The notes beneath the pieces are model-generated. The model was not told where the DNA came from, made no database searches, and saw only the letters and a list, made by a program, of their open reading frames with translations. Positions 42,101-55,305 of a stretch of 64,000 bases of DNA are shown one piece after another; the first letter of the stretch is position 1, and each line of letters opens with the position of its first letter. The DNA is from Camelus ferus (taxonomy: Eukaryota): positions 59,646,001-59,710,000 of the forward strand of contig NC_045696.1 in NCBI RefSeq assembly GCF_009834535.1. Direction: 5' to 3'. The position numbers and the translations under genes are program-made.

Positions 42101-42673
42101 TGACAGACAAGTGGATAAATATTACCCTATTTCTTGATCTTGACCTTAGATTGAAAATGCTCGTTTGGGCTTTACCTGCCAGGAAGCTTAGTGTCACGTC
42201 CTCACTGCCAATGGCCGCTGCCCACCTGTCTGCTGTGACCAGTGTAGTTGGTAGCCACGTGACGGGGATGGGTAGACCTAAGGATTTGTGGCATTGGGGT
42301 GAGACGATGTGATCCTGTTGCCAGAAAGCAGGATCTTGTCAAGAGAAATGAGTTTGCATGTCCTCCGGGGCCGCCTCCCACTAGAAGCAACAGTGAGGAT
42401 GTGATTTTTGGCTGAGAGTCTCTCCCCAGGGCACCAAGTAGCAAACGTCCACCAAGTAGAGCAGCCTGCCTCTCCCCTGATAGTTTTTCCTATCCACTCC
42501 CTAGTTTTAACCAGACCCTTCCCTCTGCTAATCAGTCTTTCCATTCATCTGCCACCATGTTCCATGCAGGTCTGGTCCTAGCTGTGTTTCAGAGCTGTCA
42601 GTCAGTTTCCAGCCTCCCCAGGTGTGAGGGCTTAGGGCTGAGTCTTCCAAGTTCAGAATGTTCATCTACTGTC

Positions 42674-42684
42674 ATTATTATTAT

Positions 42685-42752
<68 letters not shown>

Positions 42753-42768
42753 ATAGTAGTAGTAGTAG
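42674..42768 (+). repeat. Compound microsatellite (ATT)4 overlapping (TAG)22 TAA (TAG)5
   Basis: Counted directly: TAG array 42685-42750, TAA, then TAG 42754-42768. Confidence 0.97.
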
Positions 42769-44879
42769 TGCTGTAATTGGTTCTGTTTGAAATTGCTGAT
42801 TGCAGAGAGATGTATATACACTAATTAGAAGTTCAGGAGTTACCGCTCTAATCTGCGTGGCCCCTGCGACGCTGGCTCTGGGATGCTCACTGGATGCTCC
42901 CATATGCATTGCTCTCTGCACTATCTGCAAGGGCTTATACTCCTCTCGAACTTTATGATGTACTGAAGAGAAAAAACAATCAGGCTGTATCTTTCTGTTC
43001 ATCTCCTGTCTCCTGCTAGCTGGTCCTGTCTCCCTTCAGCTGCAGGAACGGGGTTTAAAAATTGTTTCACTTACTCTTTGCTGTTACTCACTTACACATG
43101 GACAATAGTCTGACTTAGTGAGCACTAGAGGATATTAAAAATTCATTATCTTTTCTTTTCCTTGTGATTTTGATGTATGTTACCTTTTATCTCGTTGATT
43201 AATCTATCAGCCCTTCATTGAGCCCCTATGTGTGGCAGACACTATTTAAACACAGAGGATATGGCAGTGAGCAAATAGACAAAGTGCCTCTGTGACCTGC
43301 TTAGACCTTTCTCTTTTGTGCTGATGTGAACCTAAATATGCTCAATTTTGAGGGCTTTAGAATGCACTGGAACTTGCTTCTGGTGGTTTTTTTTTTTTTT
43401 TTTTTTTTCGGATGTCTCTACTTGCAGTTACAGAAATGTCCAAAAAAACAGAAGTAAGTTTTTATTTTAAAAGAACACAGCAATTCTTTTAAAAAAGATC
43501 ATTTGAGATATCTTGAAGGTAGTCCCCCAGTTTTTAATTTCCTGATTCATGACCACTTCAAACCAGAAGTTTGATTTCCCACCGCTGTCACCTTTGGGCT
43601 ATAGTTGCAGTCAGCAGATTTCCTGATTAGGGAAAGTTACCTTCATTGCAGGTAGACATTCTAGACAAAGAGAAAGATTAGGAAGTATCTACATAGCCCC
43701 CAAGTATTTTAAAATTATTTCTGTCTCATAAAACAGGAATATCAAAAGAAAATTGTTCTTTTTTTAAAAAGGGAAAACTGTTATAATAATAAAGGGGATG
43801 AGGAGTGGAGAATAGTTTGTTAGAAGGGGTTCCTTCAAATTGTAGAACCTGAAATCTGTAATACAGAGTCTAACTCTTCTCAGCTGCCCCACAACCTCCC
43901 AAAACAGGAATGGTCACAATTTTTATGCCTGTTTACACACAGGCTATTAAGAATCTTTATTGTGATCATGAGAAATTTATTGAAAACTCCTCAAAGAGAT
44001 GATTTTTAGGATATGTTCTCTAACATTAAATTTAAGACAGTACTTCTAAGAGGGGCATATAAAATCCCAACCACTAGATTGGTTGTGTTATTTAGAGGGT
44101 AACTAAGGAGGCCCTACCACTAACACCTGATCAAGCAGAAAACTCTGTTAATGGAGAAGAATGAAATTAGCTAGAGGCAAAATGGAAAATTATTTCAAAT
44201 ATATCAGTACACTGAATTCATTCTTTTATTTGACAGAATTATATTGAGTGTCCACTGATGACAAGATACCATGGAGATTCAAGACACATAAGAACAACCT
44301 CTGTCTTTGTCCCAGAGTCTTCTGAGTTCACACCCCCAACTATCTTATATGTGATACCAAATAGGGCGGCTATAGACATATTACATGTGTTTATAGAAGG
44401 AGACAGTTGTACTTAGCACTTCCTTTATGCCAGTTGCTGTGCTAGGCATCAGAAAAACAACAAAGATCAATGGTTTAGATACATACACAATAAGCTACAT
44501 TTTATAACAGAAGTATGCCCGCTTTGAACAACAAACTTAGCCTGGGAACCAGAGAAGACATTTACACCAGAAGTGAAACTTGAGCTTGGCCTTGAAATTC
44601 ATCTTCCTATTTCTCCTCCTTTGTATCAGTGTTGATCCCAAAATAATTATTCTAATCATGGACAGTCTGTAAAAGAGCAGTGCTACTGATACATCTGTAT
44701 CCTACTGATATATCTGTATCAAAAGAATTATTTTGTTTTGATGGAGAATTAGACTTTTTTTTCAATAGGACTGTTAGCTCTGACGGGAACTAGTCAAAAG
44801 TTCCCTTAGAATTTTTACCTAAACTTTCCTATGCTTTCTCATAATAATCTAATTAAACATGTTTTCCCTTAAGCACATG

Positions 44880-45490
44880 CATTTAAGATTTTTTAAATGA
44901 ACTTTTGAAGCAATAATACATACACATGGTTCAAAATGTAGGTATTCTTCTAGAGATATTATTTAATATAAAAACTCATACTTATTCTTTTTTAAAATGT
45001 TTGAACAATTGGTAGCAAAAATATTATTTTATGCTGTTTTCCATGTAACAAACCTGGGTGATTTCATAGCAGGACGTGTAGAGCTACATCATCCTTTTGA
45101 TGGCTGCACAGTATTCCATTACTCATAGTACCATAATTTATTTAACTAGTCCTCTATTGATGGGTGTATGGGTGTTTCTAGTCTTTTACCATGACAAACA
45201 ACACTGTCATCCTTGTGTCTCACAGTTATGAGTTGTGAGTATATTAACAGGATAACATCCTAGAAGTAGAATTACTGCATGAAAGGGAATATGCATTTAA
45301 AATTTTTGATAGACGTTGTCAGAGCACCACCTATAGAAATTGGACCAATCTATACTCCTCCAGCTGAGTATGAGTGTCACTTTCCCCAATCTTGCAATCT
45401 AGTACATCATCAATATTTTTTATCTTTTCCAATCAGATACTTTAAAAATAACCCTTATTCATTATTGTTTTTGTATATTTCATTTAACTG
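44880..45490 (-). mobile_element. Ancient L1ME-like fragment
   Basis: ggctgcacagtattccatt...ccataatttatttaactagtcctctattgatggg...cctagaagtagaattactg. Confidence 0.75.
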
Positions 45491-45659
45491 ATATTATCAC
45501 AGCTGTATAATTGTCGATTATTTTAATGCAAATGTTTGGTATTTAATTTATACTGTTACCTAAGGAGAGTTATGGGTTTGTCTGATTAACTAATTGTTGT
45601 TTATGCTCTTATTTCTATGGATAAAATGCATTCCTAATCATATACATCTGGCTTACATT

Positions 45660-46700
45660 AAACTTTTTAAAAATGTGTTAGTGTGAAATGTATATGCTGA
45701 AAACACATAAAGACCACTAAACATTTGAATGGATAGTTATAAAGTGAACATACATGTAGTAACCATGCAGGTCAAGAAAGCAAGACATTGTCAGCTTTCC
45801 AGAAACCCCCTGTGTGCCCCTCTCTGGTCACAACCCTGTCCTCTTGCCTGGAGGTAACCATTCTCCTAACATTTATAATAATAATGTCCTTACTCCTCTT
45901 TATTATTTTACCTCCTGTATTTGTGTCCCTAAACAATATAGTTTCAATATGGCTGTTTTTAAATTTTATATGGCTAGAATCATACTGTATGCTTGTGTGT
46001 GTGTGTTTGTGTGTGTGTATGTGTCTTTTCTCACTCAACACTTACTTTTGTGGAATTCATCCATGCTGATGTATATAGTTGTTCATTTATTTTCATTGTT
46101 GTATAGTATTCCATTGTATGAATATACCACAATTTATTTATCCTTTCTGTACATGGGATGTTTGGGGCTATTGTGAACAATGCTTCTGTGAATATTCTTG
46201 TATATGTATCCTTGTACACATGTACTTGAGTTTCTCTAGGAAGTAGAGCTAGGAGTGAAATTGCAAGGTGAAAAAAAAGCAAGAAGTTGCTAGGTGGTAG
46301 ATGATGTAATCTGTTTTTCAAAATGTTGGTACCAGGTTGACACCTCTACCAGTATCCATGAGATACTGTTGCTCCACGTCCTCATGTATATTCGATAAAG
46401 TCAGACTTCAGAAAATTTTGCGTATCTGATGGGTATGTAGTAATATCTGTTTATGGTTTTAATATGCTTTCCCCTGGCCGAACATCTTTTCATATCTTAT
46501 TGGGCCTTTGGATGTTGTCCTTTATGATGACCCTGTTCAAGCCTTTGCCTAGTTATCTAGTGAGTTGTCTGGTTTTTTTCTTAAGCATGTTAGGACTTCT
46601 TCGTATATTCTAGATATTAGTCCTGTGTTGGTTGTACATGTGTTAAATATCTGCTTTCACTCTGTGGCTTGTCTTTTCACTCTCTATATTGTGTCTTAAT
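45660..46700 (-). mobile_element. L1MC/MD-like fragment, about 1 kb
   Basis: The minus-strand ORF contains HVYKDTYTRIFTEALFTIAP...INKLWYIHTMEYY, a typical L1 ORF2 C-terminal remnant. Confidence 0.85.
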
Positions 46701-47769
46701 AAACACCTTATTTGACGTTTTGAAGGTAATGCATTTGTAAGTTAGAGGCTCGTGTGATGTGACATAATGAGAAATTTCGTACATTTAGTACTTTAAATTC
46801 AGTTCATCACTTGTTTCTCCACAGAATAGTGTGCCAACATGGAAACTTTATATATAATGTGGGTTTCTGCCAATCCCTAAGTTTACCTTTGTTTTAGTAG
46901 AAGAATAAGAACTAGTTGACTTTTTAAAATATATCTGTCTGTGCAATTTACTCTACACATTATGTGACAGGTACTACAGTTAAAGCAATGAAGCGTATTA
47001 GAAAAAAAGATGACAAGTCCATTGCATTTGGAACTCAGTTGTCTGACAGATTCAAGACCCAGAAAAGAAATCTTTGCATAGCAAAACTAAGTATCTATGC
47101 TCACAGGAAAGCCTCTCAAATCCTAGTTTTATATGTAATTGTTACTATCTTTGGCATCTAGTTACTGAGCCCATAAGAGAACTGGAAAAGGAGAAAGTTA
47201 CTTCTATGTACACACACTAATAGCCACAAAGGCTGAGCTACTGACAGCAAGAGAGGGAGCAGAAAAGCTATGAAAGCAAAAGCTGATGGAGGAAATAAAA
47301 CTCCAACAGTTGGGTTCTATTTAGTGAAGGGACCAGCAGTGCTGTGTGACCCAGCAGGCCTTAGGACTCCCTTGTGTCTTGTACTACACCATAATTATTA
47401 CTCACATTGGTGTTTGTAATTGTCAACAAAAGGGGAAATTATGTTCAGTGTCTGTTGCTTTTTAAGGAGTCAGAGATGTAAACGTATTCATTAAGAAGAT
47501 TTAAATGGGGAGAAAAAGTTGGTGTTGGTGTTTACCTTTAGTCCAGAACACTTGATTTTCCTGACAGGCACATTTCCTAAGGGTTCTGGAGAGCTGAGGT
47601 GATGTTGACTGTGGTTTACATTAGTGGACAGATATGTAAAGGTGAAAGTCAACTCTTCTCAGGCCTAGTGACTGACTCTCACTCCTAGTGATTGAGCCTG
47701 CACACCTTTGGTATTTGTTGAGGGTCTGTATAATCCACTGTAGTGCAATCCACTGTCCTATCACACAAG

Positions 47770-48400
47770 GCCTGTGAAAAAAAAGCTTCCTAATTTGTCC
47801 TCAGACATTTACCGTACCTCCCTCTAATCCTTCCTCTACTCTGCTGCCAATGTGATCTTCACATCTGTGGCGTCAAGCCCTTGATAGCATCCCTTTGCTC
47901 TTTGAATGAATACCAAAATCCTCAGTGTGACCCATGCGGGCTGCATGATCTGGACGTTGGTCCACTTCTCATCACTGGAGCCACTCTTCCTCTTGTTTCC
48001 TGCCTCACCACCTTCCTGGCCTTCCTTGAATATGTCAGGTTTCTTGCCATCTCAGGATCTTTGTTTCCTCTGCCTGGAAAATTCTTTCTCCTCTCATGCC
48101 ACAGTCCACCCCATCTGCTCTCTCTTCTTTCAGGTCTTAGCCTGTCCTGACTAACTTAGCCTCTGACTAACTCTGCTCCCCAAGTCATATCTCTCACAAC
48201 ATCCTATACTGTTATTTCTTGGAACCTGTCACCATTATTAACTATAGAAGCATTTGTTTGTCCACACAGTTGCCTCCTCCAGATGTTAAGTCCGTGAGGG
48301 CAAAGACATACCTGTTTTATTCCCCAACTGCATCACCAAATCTAAAAGAATACTGATTCATAGAAGGTACTCAGTAAATATTTGTTAAATGAACAAATGA
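47770..48400 (+). mobile_element. L2 LINE 3' fragment
   Basis: ctctgcctggaaaattcttt...aagtccgtgagggcaaagac...aggtactcagtaaatatttgttaaatgaacaaatgaa (L2 tail). Confidence 0.75.
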
Positions 48401-49897
48401 AGACCAAATAAACCCAAGGTAATGTGTTTGGCATTGTGGGTAAGAAAGAAATCTAGAAATTGGGGACAAATATAAGTAAGAAAATAAAACTTACAGTTTG
48501 GGAAGATTAGTTTGGGAAGATTCAGTGTTAAACTTTACCAAGTGGGTAGAGGGTAGAGTTTATCCAGGCAGCATTAGTGTTGGGAGTGGGGAGCAAAGTC
48601 ACCCTAAATGCATCAAACAGCAAGAGCAGGGAAAGGGAGAAGGAAAGTGTATCCTCTGGGGCATGTGGAGTGAATATGTCTGATGAAGCATGCAGTTTGG
48701 GAGGTGAGCTTTGGGAAACAAAACTGGAATTATTGGTTGGGTCAGATCATGGCAGACGCCGGACACCGTTCAAAGGGATTTAGACTTTATTGAGTAGCAT
48801 CCAAGAAACACTAAGTGGCTTTTTTTTTTTTTTTTCAGCATGATGGTTACAGAGTTACTCTTATCTCACCTGGTTGTGTAACTGTCCTTTTATTCTCTCA
48901 TTCTTTCTCTTGACTCAGAAAGAGTCTAAGGTTAATCCATCCACATGCTCTGGCTCTCATCCCTTATTCCACCTCCATCCAGCACACCCATTCAACACCT
49001 CTGCTCTCTCACATTGTCAAACATAGCCTTTTCTTCTGCCATTTGACACACATTTGTTACCTCCTGCTCCCCACAGTGGAACTTCTCCTGATTCTTCTTT
49101 TTCTAGCTCCTCCCCAACCTTCAACAAGGTTTTTGTTGCTTCCATTCTGATGTCCATGATAAAAATTCCAAGAGTATGTCTCTGAGGTAATGTTATTCCT
49201 AATGACAGGTTTGTATTCATTATTTAGTCACTCAGAACTTTTTTTTTTTTTTGCGTACCTACTATGCTCCAGGCTGGAGATGCAGCAGTGAAACAAAACA
49301 AGCCAGTCCCCACCCTTATGAATGCTTTCTTCCAAGAAACCAGGAAACCAACAAGCAAATACAAGACCATATGGTGACATAGTGAACACTCTCACTGCAG
49401 GTTTTTCCAGTTTGATGTCAGCTTCCCTCAGTCTCAGCACCAGAAAGTTTTCTTTTTCTCTCAAACCAGCAACCTGGCTTGATGTCCCTATTTGGGCAGA
49501 AGCAAGAATTTCCAGATCCTAGATTTGTATCTGTGGATCCATTTGGAGCATATCCTCTGATAGCCAGCCAGTCTGTTGCCAAGACCTGAAGGTGATTCCC
49601 TCAAAATGTCTGTCTCACCACCCTGGTCAGGCGTTGGCCACCCTTTGCTTAAATTCTTTAAATAGCCTCGTAGATGCCCCCCACTGCTTTCTGGGATTTT
49701 ATCTTTTCTACTGACACCAGATTCATCTGCCTGAAACATTTCTTCCAATATCTCACATGTCTGTTAAAAGCCCTTCAGCAGCACATTTACTTAGAAGAAG
49801 GTACAGGCCCATCCCCAGAGATGTGTATATAGTTTTCCCTCCTACACATGATCCTTTAGAGACCCTCATCTGTTGTACACATTGCAATGCACTTACG

Positions 49898-49980
49898 TTA
49901 GACTGAATCACATGAAACTGTCATTTCTGTGGATCCAAAATGGTTGATTGAATTTTGGCAGTTTATAGGTTGCAACCTCA
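49898..49980. mobile_element. MADE2-like mariner-derived MITE (imperfect palindrome)
   Basis: ttagactgaatcacatgaaactgtca...tggcagtttataggttgcaacct. About 80 nt with terminal inverted repeats like the recalled MADE2 consensus. Confidence 0.7.
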
Positions 49981-51559
49981 CTGGCCTACCAAATAATTGG
50001 TTGCCTCTGTGTCTTTCTCCCCTGTTACATTGTGAGCAACTTGACAATCACGTCTTGGTCTTAATGATGCTTGTATCTTTATTGTGTACTGCAGCATCTG
50101 GTACCTAGTAAACAATGGCAGTCAAGTGCCCCCACTCATGTCATGATCTGCTCCTGCTGCTTCCATTTTCCAGAATGCCTCGTGACTGTACCTAATCATG
50201 TCCCAACCACCCCTCACTGCCAGCCTGACTCATGCCTCCTTCAGGACATGCTCACTGCTTCTCCATATTAATCCCCTACCACCACCTCTGAGTCACCAAT
50301 ATTGCCTCCCCCCAAAATTGAATATCATTCTTTAACATCCAAAGCATATGTTATATGATTTACTTTGTATTTGCCACATTTCTTAGCATAAGGTTGCTCT
50401 TGTAATGATGAGTTGAAAGATCTCTGTTCCTAGCCCTTACTTTTCGCTGTAGGATCCAGTACCACATTTGCAACTGTCTGTGACATAACTGCACTTGGTG
50501 ACTCTTCATTCTACTCAACAGAACTGAAACTAAATTCATATATCCTCTCCCAGATCTGCTTCTGGTCTAGACAGCCCCCCCCCCCCAAGTTGGACCTCTA
50601 AGGCATCTTAGCTCTCTTTCATTCTCTGTCCTCTTCCTGAAATAACACTCCACTGGACCATCACAGTGATGGCAATTCCTCAGCCTGACTTTAGATTTTA
50701 ATATAATGTATAAAGTCTGTCCCTGGGAGTTTTGAGAGGAGATGCATGTCTCCCAAACCACAGCAACATTCTCTAGGACCTAGAGCCTCCTGATGAGAAA
50801 ACCCCTTCCTCCTGGTCCTGCCCCTCCCCTGGGTCCCTTGCTGTCTGCAAACCTCTCCTCTAGTAAATATGTGTGATTATCTTCAAGTATAATGATCTTT
50901 CAAATCATAATCACCTTTGTCTACCAAACTATACTGCATCACTGTGTCTCCAGAATTCTCTCTCTGTCCTGATAGATGTGTTTCTGACCTCAGGAAGAAT
51001 GCTGTAACACATCTTCCTCACTATTAGCATGATCTCTGGAGTGCCTTCCATCAGTACTTTGTGAGAAAGCATCTTCTTCCAGTTTGCTGTGGTTTCCCAT
51101 GGGTTTATGTTTGTCTCAGCAACTGAATCCTGAGACCCACAGAGACAAGTCTCATATGTGGTACCCTGTGTTGTCTGCAACACACTGAGGTAGAGTTGGG
51201 CGTTCACAGAGAGTGCTCAGAAAATAGTTGTTTTATGGATATGTTTTATGTGTATAACTTCTGTTTGTGTATATTTATGAATTACTGTGTGTCTCTGGAT
51301 GTGTTTCCCATATTACTCTCAGAGAAGTATTCATCTCTGTGGTTTGGGAGGCAGGAATAGCTTGCGTATTTTTCCCTGACCATCAGGCCCATGGCATTCT
51401 AAACCAGTAAGTCATGTGCTCCAAAGGTTTGTGACCACACCTGGCACAGGTGAAGAGCCTACCTGAGCTGCAGCCTGGGGTTATTTTTATCTCCCACCTG
51501 CTTGGGGTCTCCCTTTTCCCTCTAAATATGAAAGACTAATTTTTCTGTTAAACATTAGA

Positions 51560-51770
51560 AGGAATGTGGATGTGTATATATGTGTACAAGTCTGTGCTTC
51601 TGTATGCATGTATACATATATCTGTATCTACATATATGCATTCATGTGTGTATATATGAAGGAAATACACCAAAATGTAAATAGTGGTTATTTCTGGATG
51701 GTGGCTTTTTCCAAATTCTCTATGACAAGTCAAATTACTTTTATTAACAAAAAACCCCACTAATAAATGT
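51560..51770 (+). mobile_element. L1M 3' end fragment in sense orientation with degenerate TG/TA tract
   Basis: gaaggaaatacaccaaaatgtaaatagtggttatttctgg...ttttccaaattctct. Confidence 0.65.
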
Positions 51771-53309
51771 TATTTTTTAAGGATAGGCAGGGACAGGATT
51801 ATTAGATGATTGCTGAGATCCACCCTCTGAGTGAACCAGGGACGAGGGGACAAGCAGGTGCCTAGTGGGGAACAGAGAGATGGACTTCTCAGTATCTCAA
51901 GATGAGAGAAAGTGACCAGGGAGTGAATTTGGGCTGACTTGCAAAATGGGCCAAGGTTATTGAAGGCTGTGAGCTGAGGAACTGGCAACTTTGTTTGGTT
52001 TGAAGGTCAGGACCTTGGACAATGAAAGGAAAGCGAAGGAAAATTTAGGGGGTGGGGAGTGGCAAACAATGAGTTCATCAGGGTTTCCCCCCAAACTCAA
52101 CTGTTTAGAGAAGTGTGGAAAAGATGAAGAAAAGCTTGAAATATACTTTCAAGTTCATGAAGAATTTTTACGAAGAGCTATGCAGTGGGCGAGGAAGAAA
52201 GCAGACATGTTTCAAGATAGGTTTAGCCCACTGTGATTCCAGAGGGAGGGGTTTCCAGAGCAATCAGTGTCAGGGCACTGGCACCAGGGGTAGGAGGGCA
52301 CAGGGAGCCTCCATTAAGGGAACGGGTTACCCCTGTGCGGGCGGCAAGCTTCCAAACAGCAGGTTCACCATTAGGTCAAGACATAGCTCCCCCACCCCTC
52401 GCCTCCCTCCTCCTCCCTCATCTCCATCGTCTAAGGGCAGAGGGAAAGTTTGTGATAAGAATTTTTAATAAAGAGACAGTTCCTAACCTTTCTGAACTTG
52501 AAACAAAAAAATTACATGAAGCAAGCATTGTCAAGGGTGTTTCTCCCACACGGCCTGGTCCCATAGTTCTCTCCATGAGCTCCCTGAGCAGGAGGAGAAA
52601 TGGAAAGATGAAAAACAGAGAGATGGACTCTTCCTCGCTGTGGCTTATTTCTTTTCTCTGTTCTGGAAGTGGGGAGCCCCTGGCCTGTCACTCAGGAGGA
52701 GCACACCCCAGCATGGCTCTGCACCACCTCCAAGGCCTCCCTGCTCTCACTGAGCTGCTCGGCCAACCGGTCCTTATCAGTAACTTCCTCACTTTGGGAT
52801 GAGGAGCCTGGGGTCAGTATGAGCAGCGAACAGATGCCTAGAAGGAGAGCCAAAGGGAGACCCTTTAGGCAGAGTAGGAAGCATGAAGGAGCAGAGAAAG
52901 CCATACAAATCAATTCTTGAAAAAGAGCTAAACTGAAATATATTTCATGATGTTTATGTCTTTTCTCCCTGCACGATGCAACATTTTAACTTCTCTATAT
53001 CTCAATTTTTCATTCTGATGGTTCCATCAAGGAACATTTCCAGTCTGGGCTCTAGTTTGAAATGTGAGGTGAAGAAAGTCTCTTTTAAGCCAGTCAGTTT
53101 AGTATTCGCCATTCCCTGGGTGTAAAGGAGGAACATACACAGAGCAGTGAAGTCCCCGCCGAGGACAAATCCCCCCATCTACTGAGAACCATGCAGTCCT
53201 TCCCCTTGGAAGTTCCTGCTGTAACTGGGCAGGCCAAGGAAGCTTCCAGAGCAGAAACACCCAACAGTGACCACAGTATTTCTTCCTGAGCTCCTACTAT
53301 AAGCCTGGT

Positions 53310-53490
53310 CATTTACGTATAGTCTCTCATTCGATCCTCACAACACTTTTTCAAGGTAAGTATCGTTATCCTCATTTTGCAGATGAGGAAAATGTAGAAG
53401 TTAAATAACCTGCCCAAGGTCACACCTCCAGGAAGTGGCAGAGCTGAGATTTGAACCCAAGTCTTTCTCACGTCCACTGTGCACACTGCC
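53310..53490 (-). mobile_element. MIR SINE
   Basis: cattttgcagatgaggaaaatgtagaagttaaataacctgcccaaggtcacac...ggcagagctgagatttgaacccaagtct. Confidence 0.85.
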
Positions 53491-55064
53491 TTCTGCCCAC
53501 CGAGTCCATTAACAAAAACAGTTGGATGATTCAGGCAGAAACACACAAAGCCACATTTTGGCCCCAGTGCTGTAAGTCCTATTAACCCTCCCTTCTGACC
53601 AACTGAATGAAACTCACCTGAATTAAAAACCAAGCCCATACCATGTTCTGTGTCCACTGCTCCCTGTCTGCTGTGCCTAGCGGAGCATCACATAAGTCAG
53701 GAATTTAGAGGAAGCTGTTTATTGTGTCTTGGCCATAGGAGTAGTAATTCAGGCCCATCATTGCCTCCATGGCTTCCAAACTCATCTGACAGAAACATCT
53801 AGAACATATAGTCCACTGAAGATGCATTTAAAAATATTTTTCAAGATAACTGCCTCATATTCTTTAGGGAACAAGAAAGGATGTAGATCTATGATATAAT
53901 AAATACATTCCCCCACTTGTGGCTATTCTTATACCACTGGATTTCTCATGATGTCTCTTGTGCACCTGGGAACTGTAGAACATCTCTTTATAGCTCAGAA
54001 AACTCGTATTATGAGTGTCTAGTAGAATCGGACCTCCAGTATGTTAAATAAATAAGTAAAGTGTTTATATATGAAGGGGTCTGTACCAGAATAGAGGTAG
54101 ATGGGAGAAATCTCAACCTAAGCACCCCCCCCGAAAAAATAATTCTGGGGAGATCTGGTTCATAGAAGCCACTGGCCTATTCAAAGCAGGTCTCACTGAT
54201 TCTTGCTTCTCATGGAAAGTACCAAAGACAGGAGCTTCTGGACAGCATATGCTGGTAGATGTGAAAATGCAGATGAAAGGCTGCAAAACTCAGGGTTTCC
54301 AAGAATGGAGTGGCTGGGGCCTAGAAGAGTTCTCTCTCTGCCTTAAACATTCTAAACCACATGACCCTTGGAATTCCCAGGGAAACATTATAAAAGCTAA
54401 TCCCAGGCTCCTCACTGGCCTACTGAAGCAGAATCAGAATGCCAGAGGTAGAGGGTGATTGAATTTGGGATATATGTGAATTCCAAACTGACAGTTATTT
54501 TCTAAATAATAGAGATCATTAGCATTTCAAGAAAGAATTAATGGCCATTTTTTTAAGCACACTTCTATTTAAACTTTTCCCACTAGTCTGCCCTCGGCCA
54601 GATTTTTTAAAAATCACCTCAATGAGATCATGAATGGCCATTGTTTTTAAAGTTAAGAACAGGGCATTGGTGTTAAGTACCCTTTCCATGTACCAACTGA
54701 GCCATATAAAATAATGGCTTCCTATGTAAACATGTGTGTGTTTTCTCAGAGTTCTAGAGAACGAGTGTTCAGTTTGCCTACATGCTTTTAATTCTTAGCT
54801 GTCTCACATACTGAACCATCATCAGACAGATTTGCGGGTGCACAGAGACCATCACAACATGAGGTTTAAAAGGGGATAAACGTTTCTGTGTAAAATCTAA
54901 TGAATGTGCATTAATGAAGTGACCCAAACCACTTCTAGTCAAGTCCTCGAAGATAAAATCAATCCTCAAAATATGGGAGGGGTGTTTTCCAAGACCTTTG
55001 GAATCCACAAACATACACATGTACAAATATCATTTAGCAAATGGAGTCTCCTTTACAAAAGGCA

Positions 55065-55305
55065 ACCTCGCACAGTGGCTAGGACAGCTTTGGAGTCAAG
55101 CCAGCCTCAGTCCAGATCTCAGCCCTCCACTTGCCAGTTAGTTGTGTGATCCTGGGCAGGACCTCTCGGTGCTTCAGTCTGCAAAATGGGGGTAATGGTA
55201 TTACCCACTGCATGAGGTTGTGGTGCAAATTACATGAAATTGTGCATGCCAGACACTCAGCACTTTGCCTGGCACGTGGTAAACACACAATAAATATTAG
55301 CAACT
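55065..55305 (+). mobile_element. Near full-length MIR SINE
   Basis: cagtggctaggacagctttggagtcaag...tgtgatcctgggcag...tctgcaaaatggggg...gcctggcacgtggtaaacacacaataaatattagc. Confidence 0.88.

Noticed and set aside
42557..43002. Poly-Ser and poly-Leu ORFs
   Set aside because: Translations of the (TAG)n microsatellite.
52115..52920. Overlapping ORFs up to 189 aa
   Set aside because: No recognisable domain, no kalirin similarity and no convincing exon boundaries.
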